From: Tubulanus polymorphus
Lineage: Eukaryota; Animalia; Nemertea
Direction of reading: 5' to 3'
Assembly (NCBI RefSeq): GCF_964204645.1
Contig: NW_027437468.1
Location: 1-64,000, forward strand
Length of the DNA stretch: 64,000 nucleotides
Under the pieces are notes generated by a model. It did no database searches. It was given only the letters and a program-made list of their open reading frames with translations, and was not told where the DNA came from. The translations under genes were made by a program, and so were the position numbers. Of this stretch, positions 23,301 through 38,967 are shown in pieces. The stretch's first letter is position 1. The number at the start of each line of letters is the position of its first letter.

Positions 23301-26300
23301 TCCACCTATCTACTCGAAATAAGTTCAGTTTACCTTATCCTATCATTTCAGATCGAGTCTATCATCCTCAGAACCAAAAGCAGCCAGAAAATTCTTATTC
23401 TTTCCACCTATCTATTTGATATCAGTTCAATACACCCAAACCCATCAATTAAGATAGAATTCATCATCTTTAGAACCATATTTAGCTAGAAAAATCTGTA
23501 TCTTTCAACCCATCTACTCGAAATAAGTTCAGTTTACCTTAACCTATCATTTCGGATCGAGTCTATCATCTTCAGAACCAAATGCAGCCAGAAAATTCTC
23601 ATTCTTTCCACCTATCTATTTGAAATCAGTTCAATACGCCTTTACTCATCTTTTCAGATTGAATCCATCATCTTTAGAACCAAAAGCAGCCAGAAAATTC
23701 TGTTTCTTTCCACCTATCTATTTGAAATCAGTTCAATACGCCTTTACTCATCTTTTCAGATTGAATCCATCATCTTCAGAACCAAAAGCAGCCAGAAAAT
23801 TCTTATTCTTTCCACCTATCTATTTGATATCAGTTCAATACACCCAAACCCATCAATTAAGATAGAATTCATCATCTTTAGAACCATATTTAGCTAGAAA
23901 AATCTGTATCTTTCAACCCATCTACTCGAAATAAGTTCAGTTTACCTTAACCTATCATTTCGGATCGAGTCTATCATCTTCAGAACCAAATGCAGCCAGA
24001 AAATTCTGATTCTTTCCACCAATCTATTTGAAATCAGTTCAATAAGCCTTAACCCATCTTTTCAGATTGAATCCATCATCTTTAGAACCAAAAGCAGCCA
24101 GAAAATTCGGTTTCTTTCCACCTATCTATTTGAAATCAGTTCAATACGCCTTAACCCATCTTTTCACATTGATCCATCATCTTTAGAAACAAAAGCAGCC
24201 AGAAAATTCTGTTTCTTTCCACCTATCTTTTTGAAATCAGTTCAATACGCCCTAACTCATCTTTTCAGATTGAATCCATCATCTTCAGAACCAAAAGCAG
24301 CCAGAAAATTCGGTTTCTTTCCACCTATCTATTTGAAATCAGTTCAATACACCCAAACCCATCAATTAAGTTATAATTCATCATCTTTAGAACCATATTT
24401 AGCTAGAAAAATCTGTATCTTTCAACCCATCTACTCGAAATAAGTTCAGTTTACCTTAACCTATCATTTCGGATCGAGTCTATCATCTTCAGAACCAAAT
24501 GCAGCCAGAAAATTCTGATTCTTTCCACCTATCTATTTGAAATCAGTTCAATACGTCTTTACTCATCTTTTCAGATTGAATCCATCATCTTCAGAACCAA
24601 AAGCAGCCAGAAAATTCTTATTCTTTCCACCTATCTATTTGAAATCAGTTCAATACGCCTTTACTCATCTTTTCAGATTGAATCCATCATCTTTAGAACC
24701 AAAAGCAGCCAGAAAATTCTGTTTCTTTCCACCTATCTATTTGAAATCAGTTCAATACGCCTTTACTCATCTTTTCAGATTGAATCCATCATCTTCAGAA
24801 CCAAAAGCAGCCAGAAAATTCTTATTCTTTCCACCTATCTATTTGATATCAGTTCAATACACCCAAACCCATCAATTAAGATAGAATTCATCATCTTTAG
24901 AACCATATTTAGCTAGAAAAATCTGTATCTTTCAACCCATCTACTCGAAATAAGTTCAGTTTACCTTAACCTATCATTTCGGATCGAGTCTATCATCTTC
25001 AGAACCAAATGCAGCCAGAAAATTCTCATTCTTTCCACCTATCTATTTAAAATCAGTTCAATACGCCTTAACCCATCTTTTCAGATTGAATCCATCAACT
25101 TCAGAAGCATAAGTAGTCAGAAAATTCTTAATCTTTCAACCAATCTATTAAAAATCAGTTCTGTACATCCTAACCCATCAATTAAGATAGAATTCATCAT
25201 CTTTAGAACCATATTTAGCTAGAAAAATCTGTATCTTTCAACCCATCTACTCGAAATAAGTTCAGTTTACCTTATCCTATCATTTCAGATCGAGTCTATC
25301 ATCCTCAGAACAGAAAGCAGCCAGAAAATTCTGATTCTTTCAACCTATCTATTTGAAATCAGTTCAATACGCCTTTACTCATCTTTTCAGATTGAATCCA
25401 TCATCTTCAGAACCAAAAGCAGCCAGAAAATTCTGTTTCTTTCCACCTATCTATTTGAAATCAGTTCAATACGCCTTTACTCATCTTTTCAGATTGAATC
25501 CATCATCTTTAGAACCAAAAGCAGCCAGAAAATTCTGTTTCTTTCCACCTATCTATTTGAAATCAGTTCAATACGCCTTTACTCATCTTTTCAGATTGAA
25601 TCCATCATCTTCAGAACCAAAAGCAGCCAGAAAATTCTTATTCTTTCCACCTATCTATTTGATATCAGTTCAATACACCCAAACCCATCAATTAAGATAG
25701 AATTCATCATCTTTAGAACCATATTTAGCTAGAAAAATCTGTATCTTTCAACCCATCTACTCGAAATAAGTTCAGTTTACCTTAACCTATCATTTCGGAT
25801 CGAGTCTATCATCTTCAGAACCAAATGCAGCCAGAAAATTCTCATTCTTTCCACCTATCTATTTGAAATCAGTTCAATACGTCTTTACTCATCTTTTCAG
25901 ATTGAATCCATCATCTTTAGAACCAAAAGCAGCCAGAAAATTCTGTTTCTTTCCACCTATCTATTTGAAATCAGTTCAATACGCCTTTACTCATCTTTTC
26001 AGATTGAATCCATCATCTTTAGAACCAAAAGCAGCCAGAAAATTCTGTTTCTTTCCACCTATTTATTTGAAATCAGTTCAATACACCCCAACCCATCAAT
26101 TAAGATAGAATTCATCATCTTCAGAACCATATTTAGCTAGAAAAATCTGTATCTTTCAACCCATCTACTCGAAATAAGTTCAGTTTACCTTAACCTATCA
26201 TTTCGGATCGAGTCTATCATCTTCAGAACCAAATGCAGCCAGAAAATTCTGATTCTTTCCACCTATCTATTTAAAATCAGTTCAATATGCCTTAACCCAT

Positions 26301-29300
26301 CTTTTCAGATTGAATCCATCAACTTCAGAAGCATAAGTAGTCAGAAAATTCTTAATCTTTCAACCAATCTATTAAAAATCAGTTCTGTACATACTAACCC
26401 ATCAATTAAGATAGAATTCATCATCTTTAAAACCATATTTAGCTAGAAAAATCTGTATCTTTCAACCCATCTACTCGAAATAAGTTCAGTTTACCTTAAC
26501 CTATCATTTCGGATCGAGTCTATCATCTTCAGAACCAAATGCAGCCAGAAAATTCTCATTCTTTCCACCTATCTATTTAAAATCAGTTCAATACGCCTTA
26601 ACCCATCTTTTCAGATTGAATCCATCAACTTCAGAAGCATAAGTAGTCAGAAAATTCTTAATCTTTCAACCAATCTATTAAAAATCAGTTCTGTACATCC
26701 TAACCCATCAATTAAGATAGAATTCATCATCTTTAGAACCATATTTAGCTAGAAAAATCTGTATCTTTCAACCCATCTACTCGAAATAAGTTCAGTTTAC
26801 CTTATCCTATCATTTCATATCGAGTCTATCATCCTCAGAACAGAAAGCAGCCAGAAAATTCTGAATCTTTCAACCTATCTATTTGAAATCAGTTCAATAC
26901 GCCTTTACTCATCTTTTCAGATTGAATCCATCATCTTCAGAACCAAAAGCAGCCAGAAAATTCTGTTTCTTTCCACCTATCTATTTGAAATCAGTTCAAT
27001 ACGCCTTTACTCATCTTTTCAGATTGAATCCATCATCTTCAGAACCAAAAGCAGCCAGAAAATTCTGTTTCTTTCCACCTATCTATTTGAAATCAGTTCA
27101 ATACGCCTTTACTCATCTTTTCAGATTGATCCATCATCTTCAGAACCAAAAGCAGCCAGAAAATTCTGTTTCTTTCCACCTATCTTTTTGAAATCAGTTC
27201 AATACGCCCTAACTCATCTTTTCAGATTGAATCCATCATCTTCAGAACCAAAAGCAGCCAGAAAATTCGGTTTCTTTCCACCTATCTATTTGAAATCAGT
27301 TCAATACGCCTTAACCCATCGTTTCAGATTGAATCCATCATCTTCAGAACCAAAAGCAGCCAGAAAATTCTGTTTCTTTCCACCTATCTATTTGAAATCA
27401 GTTCAATACACCCAAACCCATCAATTAAGTTATAATTCATCATCTTTAGAACCATATTTAGCTAGAAAAATCTGTATCTTTCAACCCATCTACTCGAAAT
27501 AAGTTCAGTTTACCTTAACCTATCATTTCGGAACGAGTCTATCATCTTCAGAACCAAATGCAGCCAGAAAATTCTGATTCTTTCCACCAATCTATTTGAA
27601 ATCAGTTCAATAAGCCTTAACCCATCTTTTCAGATTGAATCCATCATCTTTAGAACCAAAAGCAGCCAGAAAATTCGGTTTCTTTCCACCTATCTATTTG
27701 AAATCAGTTCAATACGCCTTAACCCATCTTTTCAGATTGAATCCATCATCTTCAGAACCATATTTAGCTAGAAAAATCTGTATCTTTCAACCCATCTACT
27801 CGAAATAAGTTCAGTTTACCTTAACCTATCATTTCGGATCGAGTCTATCATCTTCAGAACCAAATGCAGCCAGAAAATTCTTATTCTTTCCACCTATCTA
27901 TTTGAAATCAGTTCAATACACCCAAACCCATCAATTAAGTTATAATTCATCATCTTTAGAACCATACTTAGCTAGAAAAATCTGTATCTTTCAACCCATC
28001 TACTCGAAATAAGTTCAGTTTACCTTAACCTATCATTTCGGATCGAGTCTATCATCTTCAGAACCAAATGCAGCCAGAAAATTCTGATTCTTTCCACCTA
28101 TCTATTTGAAATCAGTTCAATACGCCTTTACTCATCTTTTCAGATTGAATCCATCATCTTCAGAACCAAAAGCAGCCAGAAAATTCTTATTCTTTCCACC
28201 TATCTATTTGATATCAGTTCAATACACCCAAACCCATCAATTAAGATAGAATTCATCATCTTCAGAACCAAAAGCAGCCAGAAAATTCGGTTTCTTTCCA
28301 CCTATCTATTTGAAATCAGTTCAATACGCCTTTACTCATCTTTTCAGATTGAATCCATCATCTTTAGAACCAAAAGCAGCCAGAAAATTCTGTTTCTTTC
28401 CACCTATCTATTTGAAGTCAGTTCAATACGCCTTTAATCATCTTTTCAGATTGAATCCATCATCTTCAGAACCAAAAGCAGCCAGAAAATTCTTATTCTT
28501 TCCACCTATCTATTTGAAATCAGTTCAATACACCCAAACCCATCAATTAAGATAGAATTCATCATCTTCAGAACCATATTTAGCTAGAAAAATCTGTATC
28601 TTTCAACCCATCTACTCGAAATAAGTTCAATTTACCTTAACCTATCATTTCGGATCGAGTCTATCATCTTCAGAACCAAATGCAGCCAGAAAATTCTGAT
28701 TCTTTCCACCTATCTATTTTAAATCAGTTCAATAAGCCTTAACCCATCAATTAAGTTATAATTCATCATCTTTAGAACCATATTTCGCTAGAAAAATCTG
28801 TATCTTTCAACCCATCTACTCGAAATAAGTTCAGTTTACCTTAACCTATCATTTCGGATCGAGTCTATCATCTTCAGAACCAAATGCAGCCAGAAAATTC
28901 TTATTCTTTCCACCTATCTATTTGAAATCAGTTCAATACACCCAAACCCATCAATTAAGTTATAATTCATCATCTTTAGAACCATATTTAGCTAGAAAAA
29001 TCTGTATCTTTCAACCCATCTACTCAAAATAAGTTCAGTTTACCTTAACCTATCATTTCGGATCGAGTCTATCATCTTCAGAACCAAATGCAGCCAGAAA
29101 ATTCTGATTCTTTCCACCTATCTATTTGAAATCAGTTCAATACGCCTTTACTCATCTTTTCAGATTGAATCCATCATCTTCAGAACCAAAAGCAGCCAGA
29201 AAATTCTTATTCTTTCCACCTATCTATTTGATATCAGTTCAATACACCCAAACCCATCAATTAAGATAGAATTCATCATCTTCAGAACCAAAAGCAGCCA

Positions 29301-32300
29301 GAAAATTCGGTTTCTTTCCACCTATCTATTTGAAATCAGTTCAATACGCCTTTACTCATCTTTTCAGATTGAATCCATCATCTTTAGAACCAAAAGCAGC
29401 CAGAAAATTCTGTTTCTTTCCACCTATCTATTTGAAGTCAGTTCAATACGCCTTTAATCATCTTTTCAGATTGAATCCATCATCTTCAGAACCAAAAGCA
29501 GCCAGAAAATTCTTATTCTTTCCACCTATCTATTTGAAATCAGTTCAATACACCCAAACCCATCAATTAAGATAGAATTCATCATCTTCAGAACCATATT
29601 TAGCTAGAAAAATCTGTATCTTTCAACCCATCTACTCGAAATAAGTTCAATTTACCTTAACCTATCATTTCGGATCGAGTCTATCATCTTCAGAACCAAA
29701 TGCAGCCAGAAAATTCTGATTCTTTCCACCTATCTATTTGAAATCAGTTCAATAAGCCTTAACCCATCTTTTCAGATTGAATCCATCATCTTTAGAACCA
29801 AAAGCAGCCAGAAAATGCTGTTTCTTTCCACCTATCTATTTGAAATCAGTTCAATACGCCTTAACCCATCTTTTCACATTGATCCATCATCTTTAGAAAC
29901 AAAAGCAGCCAGAAAATTCGGTTTCTTTCCACCTATCTATTTGAAATCAGTTCAATACGCCTTAACCCATCTTTTCACATTGATCCATCATCTTTAGAAA
30001 CAAAAGCAGCCAGAAAATTCGGTTTCTTTCCACCTATCTATTTGAAATCAGTTCAATACGCCTTAACCCATCTTTTCAGATTGAATCCATCATCTTCAGA
30101 ACCAAAAGCAGCCAGAAAATTCGGTTTCTTTCCACCTATCTATTTGAAATCAGTTCAATAAGCCTTAACCCATCTTTTCAGATTGAATCCATCATCTTCA
30201 GAACCAAAAGCAGCCAGAAAATTCGGTTTCTTTCCACCTATCTATTTGAAATCAGTTCAATACACCCAAACCCATCAATTAAGTTATAATTCATCATCTT
30301 TAGAACCATATTTCGCTAGAAAAATCTGTATCTTTCAACCCATCTACTCGAAATAAGTTCAGTTTACCTTAACCTATCATTTCGGATCGAGTCTATCATC
30401 TTCAGAACCAAATGCAGCCAGAAAATTCTTATTCTTTCCACCTATCTATTTGAAATCAGTTCAATACACCCAAACCCATCAATTAAGTTATAATTCATCA
30501 TCTTTAGAACCATATTTAGCTAGAAAAATCTGTATCTTTCAACCCATCTACTCGAAATAAGTTCAGTTTACCTTAACCTATCATTTCGGATCGAGTCTAT
30601 CATCTTCAGAACCAAATGCAGCCAGAAAATTCTGATTCTTTCCACCTATCTATTTGAAATCAGTTCAATACGTCTTTACTCATCTTTTCAGATTGAATCC
30701 ATCATCTTCAGAACCAAAAGCAGCCAGAAAATTCTGATTCTTTCCACCTATCTATTTGAAATCAGTTCAATACGCCTTTACTCATCTTTTCAGATTGAAT
30801 CCATCATCTTTAGAACCAAAAGCAGCCAGAAAATTCTGTTTCTTTCCACCTATCTATTTGAAATCAGTTCAATACGCCTTTACTCATCTTTTCAGATTGA
30901 ATCCATCATCTTCAGAACCAAAAGCAGCCAGAAAATTCTTATTCTTTCCACCTATCTATTTGATATCAGTTCAATACACCCAAACCCATCAATTAAGATA
31001 GAATTCATCATCTTTAGAACCATATTTAGCTAGAAAAATCTGTATCTTTCAACCCATCTACTCGAAATAAGTTCAGTTTACCTTAACCTATCATTTCGGA
31101 TCGAGTCTATCATCTTCAGAACCAAATGCAGCCAGAAAATTCTCATTCTTTCCACCTATCTATTTAAAATCAGTTCAATACGCCTTAACCCATCTTTTCA
31201 GATTGAATCCATCAACTTCAGAAGCATAAGTAGTCAGAAAATTCTTAATCTTTCAACCAATCTATTAAAAATCAGTTCTGTACATCCTAACCCATCAATT
31301 AAGATAGAATTCATCATCTTTAGAACCATATTTAGCTAGAAAAATCTGTATCTTTCAACCCATCTACTCGAAATAAGTTCAGTTTACCTTATCCTATCAT
31401 TTCAGATCGAGTCTATCATCCTCAGAACAGAAAGCAGCCAGAAAATTCTGATTCTTTCAACCTATCTATTTGAAATCAGTTCAATACGCCTTTACTCATC
31501 TTTTCAGATTGAATCCATCATCTTTAGAACCAAAAGCAGCCAGAAAATTCTGTTTCTTTCCACCTATCTATTTGAAATCAGTTCAATACGCCTTTACTCA
31601 TCTTTTCAGATTGAATCCATCATCTTCAGAACCAAAAGCAGCCAGAAAATTCTTATTCTTTCCACCTATCTATTTGATATCAGTTCAATACACCCAAACC
31701 CATCAATTAAGATAGAATTCATCATCTTTAGAACCACATTTAGCTAGAAAAATCTGTATCTTTCAACCCATCTACTCGAAATAAGTTCAGTTTACCTTAA
31801 CCTATCATTTCGGATCGAGTCTATCATCTTCAGAACCAAATGCAGCCAGAAAATTCTGATTCTTTCCACCAATCTATTTGAAATCAGTTCAATAAGCCTT
31901 AACCCATCTTTTCAGATTGAATCCATCATCTTTAGAACCAAAAGCAGCCAGAAAATTCGGTTTCTTTCCACCTATCTATTTGAAATCAGTTCAATACGCC
32001 TTAACCCATCTTTTCACATTGATCCATCATCTTTAGAAACAAAAGCAGCCAGAAAATTCTGTTTCTTTCCACCTATCTTTTTGAAATCAGTTCAATACGC
32101 CCTAACTCATCTTTTCAGATTGAATCCATCATCTTCAGAACCAAAAGCAGCCAGAAAATTCGGTTTCTTTCCACCTATCTATTTGAAATCAGTTCAATAC
32201 ACCCAAACCCATCAATTAAGTTATAATTCATCATCTTTAGAACCATATTTCGCTAGAAAAATCTGTATCTTTCAACCCATCTACTCGAAATAAGTTCAGT

Positions 32301-32579
32301 TTACCTTAACCTATCATTTCGGATCGAGTCTATCATCTTCAGAACCAAATGCAGCCAGAAAATTCTTATTCTTTCCACCTATCTATTTGAAATCAGTTCA
32401 ATACACCCAAACCCATCAATTAAGTTATAATTCATCATCTTTAGAACCATATTTAGCTAGAAAAATCTGTATCTTTCAACCCATCTACTCGAAATAAGTT
32501 CAGTTTACCTTAACCTATCATTTCGGATCGAGTCTATCATCTTCAGAACCAAATGCAGCCAGAAAATTCTGATTCTTTC

Positions 32580-35500
32580 CACCTATCTATTTGAAATCAG
32601 TTCAATAAGCCTTAACCCATCTTTTCAGATTGAATCCATCATCTTTAGAACCAAAAGCAGCCAGAAAATTCGGTTTCTTTCCACCTATCTATTTGAAATC
32701 AGTTCAATACGCCTTAACCCATCTTTTCACATTGATCCATCATCTTTAGAAACAAAAGCAGCCAGAAAATTCGGTTTCTTTCCACCTATCTATTTGAAAT
32801 CAGTTCAATACGCCTTAACCCATCTTTTCAGATTGAATCCATCATCTTCAGAACCAAAAGCAGCCAGAAAATTCTGTTTCTTTCCACCTATCTATTTGAA
32901 ATCAGTTCAACACGCCTTTACTCATCTTTTCAGATTGAATCCATCATCTTTAGAACCAAAAGCAGCCAGAAAATTCTGTTTCTTTCCACCTATTTATTTG
33001 AAATCAGTTCAATACGCCTTTACTCATCTTTTCAGATTGAATCCATCATCTTCAGAACCAAAAGCAGCCAGAAAATTCTGTTTCTTTCCACCTATCTATT
33101 TGAAATCAGTTCAATACGCCTTTAATCATCTTTTCAGATTGAATCCATCATCTTTAGAACCAAAAGCAGCCAGAAAATTCTGTTTCTTTCCACCTATCTA
33201 TTTGAAATCAGTTCAATACGCCTTTACTCATCTTTTCAGATTGAATCCATCATCTTTAGAACCAAAAGCAGCCAGAAAATTCTGTTTCTTTCCACCTATC
33301 TATTTGAAATCAGTTCAATACGCCTTTACTCATCTTTTCAGATTGAATCCATCATCTTCAGAACCAAAAGCAGCCAGAAAATTCTTATTCTTTCCACCTT
33401 TCTATTTGATATCAGTTCAATACACCCAAACCCATCAATTAAGTTATATTTCATCATCTTTAGAACCATATTTAGCTAGAAAAATCTGTATCTTTCAACC
33501 AATCTACTCGAAATAAGTTCAGTTTACCTTAACCTATCATTTCGGATCGAGTCTATCATCTTCAGAACCAAATGCAGCCAGAAAATTCTGATTCTTTCCA
33601 CCTATCTATTTGAAATCAGTTCAATAAGCCTTAACCCATCTTTTCATATTGAATCCATCATCTTTAGAACCAAAAGCAGCCAGAAAATTCGGTTTCTTTC
33701 CACCTATCTATTTGAAATCAGTTCAATACGCCTTAACCCATCTTTTCACATTGATCCATTATCTTTAGAAACAAAAGCAGCCAGAAAATTCGGTTTCTTT
33801 CCACCTATCTATTTGAAATCAGTTCAATACGCCTTAACCCATCTTTTCAGATTGAATCCATCATCTTCAGAACCAAAAGCAGCCAGAAAATTCTGTTTCT
33901 TTCCACCTATCTATTTGAAATCAGTTCAACACGCCTTTACTCATCTTTTCAGATTGAATCCATCATCTTTAGAACCAAAAGCAGCCAGAAAATTCTGTTT
34001 CTTTCCACCTATCTTTTTGAAATCAGTTCAATACGCCCTAACTCATCTTTTCAGATTGAATCCATCATCTTCAGAACCAAAAGCAGCCAGAAAATTCGGT
34101 TTCTTTCCACCTATCTATTTGAAATCAGTTCAATACACCCAAACCCATCAATTAAGTTATAATTCATCATCTTTAGAACCATATTTCGCTAGAAAAATCT
34201 GTATCTTTCAACCCATCTACTCGAAATAAGTTCAGTTTACCTTAACCTATCATTTCGGATCGAGTCTATCATCTTCAGAACCAAATGCAGCCAGAAAATT
34301 CTTATTCTTTCCACCTATCTATTTGAAATCAGTTCAATACACCCAAACCTATCAATTAAGTTATAATTCATCATCTTTAGAACCATATTTAGCTAGAAAA
34401 ATCTGTATCTTTCAACCCATCTACTCGAAATAAGTTCAGTTTACCTTAACCTATCATTTCGGATCGAGTCTATCATCTTCAGAACCAAATGCAGCCAGAA
34501 AATTCTGATTCTTTCCACCTATCTATTTGAAATCAGTTCAATACGTCTTTACTCATCTTTTCAGATTGAATCCATCATCTTCAGAACCAAAAGCAGCCAG
34601 AAAATTCTGTTTCTTTCCACCTATCTATTTGAAATCAGTTCAATACGCCTTTACTCATCTTTTCAGATTGAATCCATCATCTTTAGAACCAAAAGCAGCC
34701 AGAAAATTCTGTTTCTTTCCACCTATCTATTTGAAATCAGTTCAATACGCCTTTACTCATCTTTTCAGATTGAATCCATCATCTTCAGAACCAAAAGCAG
34801 CCAGAAAATTCTTATTCTTTCCACCTATCTATTTGATATCAGTTCAATACACCCAAACCCATCAATTAAGATAGGATTCATCATCTTTAGAACCATATTT
34901 AGCTAGAAAAATCTGTATCTTTCAACCCATCTACTCGAAATAAGTTCAGTTTACCTTAACCTATCATTTCGGAACGAGTCTATCATCTTCAGAACCAAAT
35001 GCAGCCAGAAAATTCTGATTCTTTCCACCTATCTATTTTAAATCAGTTCAATACGCCTTTACTCATCTTTTCAGATTGAATCCATCATCTTTAGAACCAA
35101 AAGCAGCCAGAAAATTCTGTTTCTTTCCACCTATCTATTTTAAATCAGTTCAATACGCCTTTACTCATCTTTTCAGATTGAATCCATCATCTTTAGAACC
35201 AAAAGCAGCCAGAAAATTCTGTTTCTTTCCACCTATCTATTTGAAATCAGTTCAATACGCCTTTACTCATCTTTTCAGATTGAATCCATCATCTTTAGAA
35301 CCAAAAGCAGCCAGAAAATTCTGTTTCTTTCCACCTATCTATTTGAAATCAGTTCAATACGCCTTTACTCATCTTTTCAGATTGAATCCATCATCTTTAG
35401 AACCAAAAGCAGCCAGAAAATTCTGTTTCTTTCCACCTATCTATTTGAAATCAGTTCAATACGCCTTTACTCATCTTTTCAGATTGAATCCATCATCTTC

Positions 35501-38500
35501 AGAACCAAAAGCAGCCAGAAAATTCTTATTCTTTCCACCTATCTATTTGATATCAGTTCAATACACCCAAACCCATCAATTAAGTTATATTTCATCATCT
35601 TTAGAACCATATTTAGCTAGAAAAATCTGTATCTTTCAACCAATCTACTCGAAATAAGTTCAGTTTACCTTAACCTATCATTTCGGATCGAGTCTATCAT
35701 CTTCAGAACCAAATGCAGCCAGAAAATTCTGATTCTTTCCACCTATCTATTTGAAATCAGTTCAATAAGCCTTAACCCATCTTTTCAGATTGAATCCATC
35801 ATCTTTAGAACCAAAAGCAGCCAGAAAATTCGGTTTCTTTCCACCTATCTATTTGAAATCAGTTCAATACGCCTTAACCCATCTTTTCACATTGATCCAT
35901 CATCTTTAGAAACAAAAGCAGCCAGAAAATTCGGTTTCTTTCCACCTATCTATTTGAAATCAGTTCAATACGCCTTAACCCATCTTTTCAGATTGAATCC
36001 ATCATCTTCAGAACCAAAAGCAGCCAGAAAATTCTGTTTCTTTCCACCTATCTATTTGAAATCAGTTCAACACGCCTTTACTCATCTTTTCAGATTGAAT
36101 CCATCATCTTTAGAACCAAAAGCAGCCAGAAAATTCTGTTTCTTTCCACCTATTTATTTGAAATCAGTTCAATACGCCTTTACTCATCTTTTCAGATTGA
36201 ATCCATCATCTTCAGAACCAAAAGCAGCCAGAAAATTCTGTTTCTTTCCACCTATCTATTTGAAATCAGTTCAATACGCCTTTAATCATCTTTTCAGATT
36301 GAATCCATCATCTTTAGAACCAAAAGCAGCCAGAAAATTCTGTTTCTTTCCACCTATCTATTTGAAATCAGTTCAATACGCCTTTACTCATCTTTTCAGA
36401 TTGAATCCATCATCTTTAGAACCAAAAGCAGCCAGAAAATTCTGTTTCTTTCCACCTATCTATTTGAAATCAGTTCAATACGCCTTTACTCATCTTTTCA
36501 GATTGAATCCATCATCTTCAGAACCAAAAGCAGCCAGAAAATTCTTATTCTTTCCACCTATCTATTTGATATCAGTTCAATACACCCAAACCCATCAATT
36601 AAGTTATATTTCATCATCTTTAGAACCATATTTAGCTAGAAAAATCTGTATCTTTCAACCAATCTACTCGAAATAAGTTCAGTTTACCTTAACCTATCAT
36701 TTCGGATCGAGTCTATCATCTTCAGAACCAAATGCAGCCAGAAAATTCTGATTCTTTCCACCTATCTATTTGAAATCAGTTCAATAAGCCTTAACCCATC
36801 TTTTCATATTGAATCCATCATCTTTAGAACCAAAAGCAGCCAGAAAATTCGGTTTCTTTCCACCTATCTATTTGAAATCAGTTCAATACGCCTTAACCCA
36901 TCTTTTCACATTGATCCATTATCTTTAGAAACAAAAGCAGCCAGAAAATTCGGTTTCTTTCCACCTATCTATTTGAAATCAGTTCAATACGCCTTAACCC
37001 ATCTTTTCAGATTGAATCCATCATCTTCAGAACCAAAAGCAGCCAGAAAATTCTGTTTCTTTCCACCTATCTATTTGAAATCAGTTCAACACGCCTTTAC
37101 TCATCTTTTCAGATTGAATCCATCATCTTTAGAACCAAAAGCAGCCAGAAAATTCTGTTTCTTTCCACCTATCTTTTTGAAATCAGTTCAATACGCCCTA
37201 ACTCATCTTTTCAGATTGAATCCATCATCTTCAGAACCAAAAGCAGCCAGAAAATTCGGTTTCTTTCCACCTATCTATTTGAAATCAGTTCAATACACCC
37301 AAACCCATCAATTAAGTTATAATTCATCATCTTTAGAACCATATTTCGCTAGAAAAATCTGTATCTTTCAACCCATCTACTCGAAATAAGTTCAGTTTAC
37401 CTTAACCTATCATTTCGGATCGAGTCTATCATCTTCAGAACCAAATGCAGCCAGAAAATTCTTATTCTTTCCACCTATCTATTTGAAATCAGTTCAATAC
37501 ACCCAAACCCATCAATTAAGTTATAATTCATCATCTTTAGAACCATATTTAGCTAGAAAAATCTGTATCTTTCAACCCATCTACTCGAAATAAGTTCAGT
37601 TTACCTTAACCTATCATTTCGGATCGAGTCTATCATCTTCAGAACCAAATGCAGCCAGAAAATTCTGATTCTTTCCACCTATCTATTTGAAATCAGTTCA
37701 ATACGTCTTTACTCATCTTTTCAGATTGAATCCATCATCTTCAGAACCAAAAGCAGCCAGAAAATTCTGTTTCTTTCCACCTATCTATTTGAAATCAGTT
37801 CAATACGCCTTTACTCATCTTTTCAGATTGAATCCATCATCTTTAGAACCAAAAGCAGCCAGAAAATTCTGTTTCTTTCCACCTATCTATTTGAAATCAG
37901 TTCAATACGCCTTTACTCATCTTTTCAGATTGAATCCATCATCTTCAGAACCAAAAGCAGCCAGAAAATTCTTATTCTTTCCACCTATCTATTTGATATC
38001 AGTTCAATACACCCAAACCCATCAATTAAGATAGGATTCATCATCTTTAGAACCATATTTAGCTAGAAAAATCTGTATCTTTCAACCCATCTACTCGAAA
38101 TAAGTTCAGTTTACCTTAACCTATCATTTCGGAACGAGTCTATCATCTTCAGAACCAAATGCAGCCAGAAAATTCTGATTCTTTCCACCTATCTATTTTA
38201 AATCAGTTCAATACGCCTTTACTCATCTTTTCAGATTGAATCCATCATCTTTAGAACCAAAAGCAGCCAGAAAATTCTGTTTCTTTCCACCTATCTATTT
38301 GAAATCAGTTCAATACGCCTTTACTCATCTTTTCAGATTGAATCCATCATCTTTAGAACCAAAAGCAGCCAGAAAATTCTGTTTCTTTCCACCTATCTAT
38401 TTGAAATCAGTTCAATACGCCTTTACTCATCTTTTCAGATTGAATCCATCATCTTTAGAACCAAAAGCAGCCAGAAAATTCTGTTTCTTTCCACCTATCT

Positions 38501-38790
38501 ATTTGAAATCAGTTCAATACGCCTTTACTCATCTTTTCAGATTGAATCCATCATCTTCAGAACCAAAAGCAGCCAGAAAATTCTTATTCTTTCCACCTAT
38601 CTATTTGATATCAGTTCAATACACCCAAACCCATCAATTAAGTTATATTTCATCATCTTTAGAACCATATTTAGCTAGAAAAATCTGTATCTTTCAACCA
38701 ATCTACTCGAAATAAGTTCAGTTTACCTTAACCTATCATTTCGGATCGAGTCTATCATCTTCAGAACCAAATGCAGCCAGAAAATTCTGA
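32580..38790. repeat. Approx. 3160-bp (31-monomer) tandem duplication within the satellite
   Basis: Matching ORF pairs are offset by exactly 3160: 32794/35954, 33813/36973, 34527/37687, 35076/38236. Boundaries are approximate. Confidence 0.85.
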
Positions 38791-38967
38791 TTCTTTCGAA
38801 CAATCTATTTGAAATCAGTTCAATAAGCCTTAACCCATCTTTTCAGATTGAATCCATCAACTTCAGAAGCATAAGTAGTCAGAAAATTCTTAATCTTTCA
38901 ACCAATCTATTAAAAATCAGTTCTGTACATCCTAACCAGAAAATTCTTATTCTTTCCACCTATCTAT